DNA from: Nitrospinaceae bacterium
GTDB taxonomy: Bacteria; Nitrospinota; Nitrospinia; Nitrospinales; JACRGP01
NCBI GenBank assembly: GCA_029261555.1
Contig: JAJDBB010000095.1
Location: 33,511 to 97,510, forward strand
Direction: 5' to 3'
Length of the DNA stretch: 64,000 nucleotides
In this document: positions 1 to 7,526 of the stretch, in pieces
Numbering within the stretch: the first letter of the stretch is position 1
How the letters are laid out: every line of letters begins with the position of its first letter
The notes under the pieces: model-generated
The model's database searches: none
Seen by the model: only the letters and a program-made list of their open reading frames with translations
What the model was told of the DNA's origin: nothing
Program-made: the position numbers and the translations under genes

Positions 1-1403
1 ATAAGGGGCCTACTCTTAGCGAGGACTATCCTTTGTATCAGGTGTTCAAGGATGGTCAGACTCAAACTAAAGATGAAACCGTATTTTGGACGAAAGATGG
101 TTCTGCTCTGTTGGCGGAGTATATCTGCGCTCCCATTTATGAAGATGAGAAAATTGTAGGGGCGGTGGTTACGTTTCGCGACATATTAAGGAGAAAACGG
201 GTGGAGGAGGCGCTGGTACAGGCTAAAGAGGAAGCGGAGCGTGCCAACCGGGCCAAATCGGATTTCTTATCCCGAATGAGTCATGAATTGAGGACCCCTT
301 TGAATTCAATCTTGGGTTTTGCGCAAATCTTGGAAATGGATAAAGTTGATCGCCTATCGGATCGACAAAAACCCTGGGTCAGCCAAGTGCGGAAAGCGGG
401 AGATCATTTGCTGGAACTGATCACTGAAATACTGGATCTCGCACGTATTGAATCGGGGGCTATGACCATCTCCATGGAAAATGTGGATATCGTTCCTCTT
501 ATGAAGGAAGTGGTGGTTTTGATTATGCCGATGTCAAAGGATAAGGGAATAAAAATTATCAATAAGATTTTAATTCCTGATTTGGTGATATTTGGAGACC
601 GAATTCGATTGAAACAGGTTTTCCTGAATTTATTATCCAATGCGGTCAAGTACAATGTCGAAAATGGCACCATTTCCATATATCATAAGATAACTTCCGA
701 AGGGAACATCCAGATCAGTGTGGAGGATTCGGGTATAGGAGTCTCCAAAGATAAAATCAATGATTTGTTTGAGCCTTTTGCCAGGTTGGATGCCGACGAC
801 TCGGGAGTGGAAGGAGCCGGTATCGGGCTTACCATAACTCGACGCTTGGTCGAACAAATGCGCGGTAGCGTATCGGTTAAAAGTACTCTGGATGAGGGCA
901 GTTGTTTTACCCTGGAGTTTTCGGCCGGGGTGGCTCAAGAGAAGGAAAAGGATCTGGTAAATACCAAACTTGAGCTATCAAAAAAACCGTTGAGCTCGAG
1001 TGAGAACTACACTCTTTTATATATTGAGGATAATCCGGATAATCTGATTTTGGTCAGACAAATATTGAAGACCCGACCGAATATTCGTCTGATTTTTTCA
1101 AGGGATAGCAAGACGGGGATTGAGCTTGCCTTGACGCATCACCCCGACTTGATTTTAATGGATATTAACCTGCCGGGTATGGACGGTTTTACGGCCTTGA
1201 GAGCTCTACGGGGCTATCGTGAAATCCGCTCCATCCCCGTTGTTGCAGTCAGTGCCAATGCCATGAAAGAAGATATTGAGCATGGATTGGATGCAGGTTT
1301 TGATTCCTATATCACTAAGCCCATCAATATTTCCCGATTTATGGAAGTCGTGGACCGGTTGCTGGAACAGAGAAAAGGGACTTCTTTAAAATCTTCTTCA
1401 TGA
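1..1403 (+). CDS. Hybrid sensor histidine kinase (partial PAS/PAC - HisKA - HATPase - REC), 5'-truncated by the window edge
   Basis: Frame is open back to the window start. PAC-like ETVFWTKDGS...GAVVTFRDI, H-box FLSRMSHELRTPLN, N-box NLLSNAVKY, G boxes DSGIG and GAGIGL, receiver YIEDN...LMDINLP...ITKP. Confidence 0.95.
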   Translation, partial: KGPTLSEDYPLYQVFKDGQTQTKDETVFWTKDGSALLAEYICAPIYEDEKIVGAVVTFRDILRRKRVEEALVQAKEEAERANRAKSDFLSRMSHELRTPLNSILGFAQILEMDKVDRLSDRQKPWVSQVRKAGDHLLELITEILDLARIESGAMTISMENVDIVPLMKEVVVLIMPMSKDKGIKIINKILIPDLVIFGDRIRLKQVFLNLLSNAVKYNVENGTISIYHKITSEGNIQISVEDSGIGVSKDKINDLFEPFARLDADDSGVEGAGIGLTITRRLVEQMRGSVSVKSTLDEGSCFTLEFSAGVAQEKEKDLVNTKLELSKKPLSSSENYTLLYIEDNPDNLILVRQILKTRPNIRLIFSRDSKTGIELALTHHPDLILMDINLPGMDGFTALRALRGYREIRSIPVVAVSANAMKEDIEHGLDAGFDSYITKPINISRFMEVVDRLLEQRKGTSLKSSS

Positions 1404-1418
1404 TTATAGGAAACTACT

Positions 1419-2576
1419 TTGGAACCAAAAAATTATCTAAAATCTAAAATACTGATTGTGGATGACGAGCCGGGTAATGTCTTTCTTCTGGAGCAAATGA
1501 TGATTCAGGAGGGATACGATAGCCTTCACAGCACCTGCGATTCCACAAATGCTATCGGATTGTTTGTCGAGGTTCAGCCCGATTTGGTATTGCTCGATTT
1601 GAATATGCCGCGAACGGATGGTTTCCAAGTCATGGAGCAGTTGAAGGAAGCGGACCCGGAGTCGCTGGTCCCCATTTTGGTGTTGACGGCCTTGAAAGAT
1701 GAGAAAACCAAGTTGCGTGCCTTGAGGTCGGGAGCCAAGGACTTTTTGAGTAAACCGTTTGATCTGACAGAAGCGAGCTTGCGTATCAAGAATCTTCTGG
1801 AGATGCGGTTATTGCACCAACGGGTTCAAATGCACAATCAGATATTGGAAGAGCAGGTTCAGATCCGAACAGCGGAATTGGAAAGAAGCGCGGAAGAGTT
1901 GACTAATTTCGCTTATATCGCATCGCATGATCTTCAGGAACCTTTAAGGAAGGTCATTGCGTTTGGAGACCGGCTTGCCGCAAAGTTCGGCCCGATTTTA
2001 AATGATACAGGCAAGGATTATGTTGAGCGAATGCAAAAATCTGCGATTCGCATGAAAACCCTGATAGACGACCTCCTACACTTTTCCAGGGTGACCATGC
2101 GTTCAACCCCTTTTCAGGAAATTGATTTGAATGCTGTGATATCGGAAGTATTGTCGGACTTGGAGGTCCAGATTGAACGAACCAAGGGACGAGTGGAGGT
2201 GGATTCCCTTCCTCGCATTGAAGGGGGCAAGTTTCAAATGCGCCAATTATTCCAAAATCTGATTTCCAACGCCCTGAAATACCATCGTGATGCAGTGCCT
2301 CCTGTAATTAAAATCAAATATGCCGGGTTCAATGAAGAATTCGAAGAAATTTATATCGAAGATAACGGAAAAGGATTCGATGAAAAACACCTGGACCGGA
2401 TATTTCGTCCCTTTGAGCGACTGCATGGCCATAGTGAATATGGAGGAACAGGAATGGGGCTGGCAATTTGCCATAAAATAGTTACACACCATAAAGGACA
2501 GATCACTGCAAAGAGCCAGCCGAATCAAGGCGCCACATTTATTGTGAAACTTCCTTCCAAGCACACGAAAGAATGA
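1419..2576 (+). CDS. REC-HisKA-HATPase response regulator/histidine kinase
   Basis: Receiver ILIVDDE...LLDLNMP...FLSKPF, H-box IASHDLQEPLRK, NLISNALKY, DNGKG, GTGMGL. TTG start after an AGGA RBS. Confidence 0.95.
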   Translation: MEPKNYLKSKILIVDDEPGNVFLLEQMMIQEGYDSLHSTCDSTNAIGLFVEVQPDLVLLDLNMPRTDGFQVMEQLKEADPESLVPILVLTALKDEKTKLRALRSGAKDFLSKPFDLTEASLRIKNLLEMRLLHQRVQMHNQILEEQVQIRTAELERSAEELTNFAYIASHDLQEPLRKVIAFGDRLAAKFGPILNDTGKDYVERMQKSAIRMKTLIDDLLHFSRVTMRSTPFQEIDLNAVISEVLSDLEVQIERTKGRVEVDSLPRIEGGKFQMRQLFQNLISNALKYHRDAVPPVIKIKYAGFNEEFEEIYIEDNGKGFDEKHLDRIFRPFERLHGHSEYGGTGMGLAICHKIVTHHKGQITAKSQPNQGATFIVKLPSKHTKE

Positions 2577-2861
2577 ATCCGTAAAAGGTCTTAATTGAAG
2601 CCCTCTGGCTTTGGAGTCGCAACTGAGTTCGTTCGGCAAGAGCGTTCTGACTTTCATGGATTTATTGGATTGTTTATAGATTCCTTTTTGCACCTCGATT
2701 CATAATACTTTCTTGATGATAAAATCAAAAACCCTGGGTTTAAATCACAAGAAACTTGCACGCGTTTTTCTCTCTCCGCTAGCCTCTTCAATCCCAAACT
2801 TGTAATATTGGAAAATACAACGGTTTTTGAGTTCCTTCCGCAGTCTCACCCCGCGCTTTGA

Positions 2862-2921
2862 TGTTCCCCATTATGAAACAGTCTGTCCGAACGGTGCGAC
2901 ATTGAGTGTTTCATATTTGGG
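2862..2921. promoter_or_regulatory. Candidate upstream activator sites for a sigma-54 enhancer-binding protein
   Basis: TGT...ACA-bounded imperfect palindromes at 2862-2880 and 2884-2901, plus TGTTTCATATTTGGG (2907-2921), which is nearly the reverse complement of CCCATTATGAAACA (2867-2880). They lie about 85-140 bp upstream of the -24 element. Confidence 0.4.
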
Positions 2922-2975
2922 ATTAGCTATGTCAACCGAGTCTCCATTCAGGTTGTCGATAGATAATAGTCAATA

Positions 2976-2988
2976 AAACAATGACTTA
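2976..2988 (+). promoter_or_regulatory. IHF-like binding site
   Basis: AAACAATGACTTA versus consensus WATCAANNNNTTR (1 mismatch), between the candidate activator sites and the sigma-54 promoter. Confidence 0.45.
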
Positions 2989-3003
2989 GTGATTACCTAT
3001 GCG

Positions 3004-3019
3004 TGGCATACAAATTGCT
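3004..3019 (+). promoter_or_regulatory. Sigma-54 (-24/-12) promoter
   Basis: TGGCAT-ACAAA-TTGCT. GG at 3005-3006 and GC at 3017-3018 have the canonical spacing, and the site is about 70 bp upstream of the 73-aa ORF. Confidence 0.8.
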
Positions 3020-3087
3020 ATTCATGTGTATAGCAGTCAATGTGACTGATGAATGGATCATTCTTAAACTTACCTTAGGAGGCAGGC

Positions 3088-3309
3088 ATGTTTTATGAAG
3101 TCCGAGTATACAAAGCCAATGGCACGTTGAAGCAAAGAATTTCCGATACCGAATTGACTGACAAGCATTGGGATAAATTTGAGAAGACTGAGGGAGAAAT
3201 CGGCCTCAATAGTTCTGGGACGAAACCCGTACCTGCATGGGTTAAGGCAAAACTGGATATTGAATTCCCATCCAACTTGGAGTTGGGTTATCAAGCTTCT
3301 CAGGGTTGA
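3088..3309 (+). CDS. Small hypothetical protein (73 aa)
   Basis: Strong RBS (TAGGAGG) before the ATG, first gene after the sigma-54 promoter, protein-like composition. Confidence 0.8.
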   Translation: MFYEVRVYKANGTLKQRISDTELTDKHWDKFEKTEGEIGLNSSGTKPVPAWVKAKLDIEFPSNLELGYQASQG

Positions 3310-3337
3310 ACTGAAATAACTGCTTAGAGGCCTGCTG

Positions 3338-4471
3338 ATGAATGATCCCAATTATTCTAAAGTATCTTTTGAGAATATTCTGGACAGTAAAATTCTTGTC
3401 GTCGACGACGACGAATCCAATGCCAGGCTATTAGAATATCTGCTCCTTCGCAATGGCTATCGTACGGTGCGCTGGACCACCGACCCGCGAGAGGCTTTAA
3501 AAATATATCAGGAGTTTAGTCCGGATTTGATTCTTCTGGATCTTGAGATGCCTCATATGGATGGTATCGAGGTCATGGAGAAACTTCAAGAGATCGAAAG
3601 AGAAACCTATCCCTCCATAGTAGTTATTACTGCAAACAATAATGATGAAGTCAAGATCCGCTCTTTAGCTTCAGGAGCGATGGATTTTCTTGCCAAGCCC
3701 TTCAATGGGGTGGAAATGATAGCGCGTATCAAAAATATATTGAATGTTCGTCACCTTCACAAACGAGTCAATGATGATAATAAAGTTTTAGATCAGAAAA
3801 TCCGAGAAAGAACTCGGGAATTATCCGATAGCCGGTTGGAAGTCGTTCAACGACTGAGCCGCGCCGCGGAATGCCGAGATAACGAAACGGGGATGCACGT
3901 TATACGTATGAGTCGTTATTCCTATCTTTTAGCACAAGCGATGGGACTATCCATCAATCAATGCGAACTGTTGCAACATGCCAGCCCGATGCACGACATC
4001 GGTAAAATTGGAATTCCCGACAGCATTTTGCTAAAAGCCGGGAAGTTGGATGCCACGGAATGGGAAGTTATGAAAAGTCATACCAAAATCGGAGGGCAAA
4101 TTCTATCCGGTTCCGGTTCAAAGCTACTGCAAATGGCTGAAAGTATCGCTTACACCCATCATGAGAAATGGGACGGATCGGGTTATCCTCGTGGATTGAA
4201 AGGTGAAGACATTCCTATTGAAGGGAGAATTGTGGCTATTTGCGACGTGTTTGACGCGCTTACTTCCGGGCGTCCCTATAAAAAAGCATGGTCAGTGGAA
4301 AAGGCTGTTCAAGAGCTAAAAGATAATTCCGGAATTAACTTTGACCCGTTTCTGGTGAATATATTTATCGAAATCCTGCCGCAGATTCTGAAAGTCAAGG
4401 AATGCTACACAGATCAACAAACTATGGAGCGATCAAACGGTTCGGGAGTTGCTCAACTATCCTGCAGTTGA
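3338..4471 (+). CDS. REC + HD-GYP c-di-GMP phosphodiesterase (RpfG-like)
   Basis: Receiver ILVVDDD...LLDLEMP...KPF, then ETGMHVIR, HDIGKIG, HHEKWDGSGYP and CDVFDALTSGRPYK. Confidence 0.95.
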   Translation: MNDPNYSKVSFENILDSKILVVDDDESNARLLEYLLLRNGYRTVRWTTDPREALKIYQEFSPDLILLDLEMPHMDGIEVMEKLQEIERETYPSIVVITANNNDEVKIRSLASGAMDFLAKPFNGVEMIARIKNILNVRHLHKRVNDDNKVLDQKIRERTRELSDSRLEVVQRLSRAAECRDNETGMHVIRMSRYSYLLAQAMGLSINQCELLQHASPMHDIGKIGIPDSILLKAGKLDATEWEVMKSHTKIGGQILSGSGSKLLQMAESIAYTHHEKWDGSGYPRGLKGEDIPIEGRIVAICDVFDALTSGRPYKKAWSVEKAVQELKDNSGINFDPFLVNIFIEILPQILKVKECYTDQQTMERSNGSGVAQLSCS

Positions 4472-4530
4472 GTAATATTTTATTTAACACGAGTGCACCC
4501 AGTGCCGCAGTCCCATGAGAAATATTTTCT

Positions 4531-5715
4531 ATGTCTGATCTTAAATTTGAACCTTCTGAAATCAAAATCCTGATTGTGGACGACACCCTGACCAATATTG
4601 AGGTGTTGCATAAAACCCTCGAGCCGGAAGGATACGCCGTTTCCGTTGCAACCCACGGCGAGATGGCTCTGGAGATAGCCTCTCACCTGAATCCTGATTT
4701 AATTCTTTTGGATATTATGATGCCGGGAATTAACGGATACGAGACCTGCGAGCGTTTGAAGAAAAATGAAGATACCCGGGACATTCCGGTTATTTTTATT
4801 TCAGCAAAAGGTGAGATGGAAGATATTGTGGAGGGGTTCCGCATGGGAGGGGTGGATTACATCACCAAACCATTCCGCAGTGAAGAGGTACTTTCCCGGA
4901 TTAAAACCCATGCGCAGTTGAATTATTTAAAAAAACAACAGGAAAAACGTATTAAGGAATTGGAATATCAGAACCACAAGCTAAGAAATTTGGATGAAAT
5001 AAAAAACCGTTTCCTCGGAACCGCCATGCACGACCTGAGGAGTCCTCTTTCCGCAATCAGCGGTTTTTCAGATCTCTTTTTACTTGGGGATGAGTCTTAC
5101 TCAGAAGATCAAAAAATAGAATGGGTCAAAATGATCAATCAAGTCAGCAAAGACCTTTTAGGGCTGGTCCACAATTTGTTGGATATTTCGGTATTTGAAA
5201 GCGGTCAGTTAAACCTGAACCTGTCCTCAGGGAATCTGAGTCCCTTGCTCCTGAAACAGGTCAAGATGAATCAAGCTTACTCGAATCAGAAAAACATCTC
5301 TATTATTACTTCGCTGGAAGAAGTTCCCAACTCGATATTCGACTCTAACCGGATGGGCCAAGTCATAGACAATCTCATCAGCAATGCCATCAAGTTTTCC
5401 CAGCCGGGGACTTCCATTCAGGTAGGATTAACCCACAACGACGAGAGTTTGGAATTTTATGTCAAGGATGAAGGTCCTGGAATTCCCAAGGAAGACCAGT
5501 GCCGGTTGTTCACCGAATTTCCCGGAATCAACGTGCATCCGACCAATGGTGAAAAAAGTACGGGTTTAGGCCTGTTCATTGTTAAAAAAATTGTGGAAGC
5601 GCACTCTGGAAGCATTCAAGTGGAGAGTATAGAGGGCCAGGGAACGATATTTCATGTTCAGCTACCCCTGATCGTGGCTCGGCCAGACTTGAAGTCCGTC
5701 AATATCTTTCATTGA
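4531..5715 (+). CDS. REC-HisKA-HATPase hybrid kinase
   Basis: ILIVDD...LLDIMMP...ITKPF, AMHDLRSPL, NLISNAIKFS, DEGPG, STGLGL. Confidence 0.95.
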   Translation: MSDLKFEPSEIKILIVDDTLTNIEVLHKTLEPEGYAVSVATHGEMALEIASHLNPDLILLDIMMPGINGYETCERLKKNEDTRDIPVIFISAKGEMEDIVEGFRMGGVDYITKPFRSEEVLSRIKTHAQLNYLKKQQEKRIKELEYQNHKLRNLDEIKNRFLGTAMHDLRSPLSAISGFSDLFLLGDESYSEDQKIEWVKMINQVSKDLLGLVHNLLDISVFESGQLNLNLSSGNLSPLLLKQVKMNQAYSNQKNISIITSLEEVPNSIFDSNRMGQVIDNLISNAIKFSQPGTSIQVGLTHNDESLEFYVKDEGPGIPKEDQCRLFTEFPGINVHPTNGEKSTGLGLFIVKKIVEAHSGSIQVESIEGQGTIFHVQLPLIVARPDLKSVNIFH

Positions 5716-5720
5716 AATAA

Positions 5721-5906
5721 TTCCCAACAGCAAGCAAAAATGATGATGCCAGAATCCGCTCGTTGGCACTCGGAGCCATAGACTTTCTTCCCAAACCTTT
5801 CAACCGGACAGAAGTGGTCGTGCGGATTACCAACATGTTGAGAGTGCAGCCCGTTTTGCAAACCCGCAAAGTATCCAAAAAGGATAAAGATTTGTTTAGG
5901 GGCTAA
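5721..5906 (+). pseudogene. Start-less remnant of a receiver domain (C-terminal half)
   Basis: Manual translation gives TASKNDDARIRSLALGAIDFLPKPFNRTEVVVRITNMLRV, which aligns with TANNNDEVKIRSLASGAMDFLAKPFNGVEMIARIKNILNV of the HD-GYP protein. It is preceded by an in-frame TAA (5718-5720). Confidence 0.75.
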
Positions 5907-7401
5907 GCAGTTGAGGTACTTCGTCAACTTGCAGGCCTGTGGTTTGTTGGATGAGTTGAATCACACTTGCATCCATCGTCTCCATCAATGGTCCGGGATA
6001 CAATCCAATACATAATACGAGGATAGCCAATGGAATTAGTGTGGCCAATTCCCGCTTCGATAAATCTGGGAGTACTTTGGCGACTTCTGTTGATGGCTCT
6101 CCCAAAGCCACCCTTTGGAGTGTCCACAACATATATGCGGCAGCTAAAACAATACCGCCCATAGAGATAAGAACCATGGCAAAGCTGACATAGGAGGTTC
6201 CTACTAAGACTAAAAATTCGCCAATAAAATTACAGGTGCCTGGTAGCCCAAAGGCGGCGACTGAAAATAAAAAGAACAATGCAACAAATCTTGGCATGGG
6301 TTTGTGTAAGCCGCCGTAGTCAGAAATCTCTCGACTGTGGGTGCGGTCGTACAATTGTCCAACAGCAATAAATAATGCTGCAGTAGTAATCCCGTGATTG
6401 AACATTTGCAAGACGGCCCCCTGGATGCCTTGGCTATTGAAAACAAAAATTCCGAGAGTAACAAAACCCATGTGAGAAACTGAAGAATAAGCCACGAGCT
6501 TTTTAAGATCCGACTGCGCCAAGGCCACGTACCCGCCATAGACAATGGCTGTGACCGATAGCCACAAAATATATGGGGCGAAAATTGCCGAAGCCTCTGG
6601 AAACATCGGCAAACAAAAACGTAAAAACCCATATCCCCCCATTTTCAACAGCACTCCAGCCAGAATCACGCTGCCAGCCGTTGGGGCTTCGGAGTGCGCG
6701 TCCGGGAGCCAGGTATGAAAGGGAACCATTGGCATTTTTATGGCAAAAGCCAGAAAGAACGCCAGGAATAACCAGTGTTGAGTGCTGGAAGAATAAGTTT
6801 GTTCAGATAACACCAACAGATCGTAGGTATGCCCTCCATTAAGAAAAAGACCCAATATTCCCACCAGGAGCAGTAAGCTTCCAGTTAGACTGTACAAAAC
6901 GAATTTAAGCCCAGCAGCAATGCGATTCGGTCCCCCCCATAGAATAATCATGAAATACATGGGAATCATTGTAAGTTCCCATAACATGAAAAACAGGAAA
7001 AGATCCAGTGCGGTAAAGACCACAATCATGGCGCCTTCAACTAACAGGATCAGCGAGAGAAAGGCTCGTACTCGTGTTTTAATTCCCGTCCACGAACAAA
7101 GGACACAGAGTGGACAAAGAAGGGCTGTGAGTAACACCATAAGAATACTGATGCCATCAACACCAACCGCATACTGAATATTAAACGTGGTCATCCATTC
7201 CACGCGTTCCACGAACTGCATGTCTGGCAGAGTGGAATCAAAATTCTTCCAAAGTATCAGCGAAAGGGCAAACACCACCAGTGTGATGCCAAAGGCAATT
7301 CGTCGAATCCATTCTTCATCACGCACAAATGCCAGAATGACGATTCCTAAAAAAGGAACGGCAATCATCCAGCTAATCAGATGATCCATCAATAGAGCCA
7401 T
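5896..7401 (-). CDS. NuoM-like proton-translocating antiporter-like subunit
   Basis: GVDGIS, TM5 Glu (LWELTMIP), TM7 Lys (FAIKMP), HTWLPDAHSEAPT, TM8 Lys (LLKMGGYG), LVAYSSVSHMG, TM12 Glu (NFIGEF). GGAGG RBS. Confidence 0.92.
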   Translation of the reverse strand: MALLMDHLISWMIAVPFLGIVILAFVRDEEWIRRIAFGITLVVFALSLILWKNFDSTLPDMQFVERVEWMTTFNIQYAVGVDGISILMVLLTALLCPLCVLCSWTGIKTRVRAFLSLILLVEGAMIVVFTALDLFLFFMLWELTMIPMYFMIILWGGPNRIAAGLKFVLYSLTGSLLLLVGILGLFLNGGHTYDLLVLSEQTYSSSTQHWLFLAFFLAFAIKMPMVPFHTWLPDAHSEAPTAGSVILAGVLLKMGGYGFLRFCLPMFPEASAIFAPYILWLSVTAIVYGGYVALAQSDLKKLVAYSSVSHMGFVTLGIFVFNSQGIQGAVLQMFNHGITTAALFIAVGQLYDRTHSREISDYGGLHKPMPRFVALFFLFSVAAFGLPGTCNFIGEFLVLVGTSYVSFAMVLISMGGIVLAAAYMLWTLQRVALGEPSTEVAKVLPDLSKRELATLIPLAILVLCIGLYPGPLMETMDASVIQLIQQTTGLQVDEVPQLLSP

Positions 7402-7526
7402 TTAAGAATCCTCCTGCCTACGAAAGAAGCAAACTTCCGACTTTTCAATTTAGCACAAGAAAAATGATGTAAGGCCATTCTCAACCAGATCCAATTTTTA
7501 TAATAGGGATAGAAACCGGGAACTCA

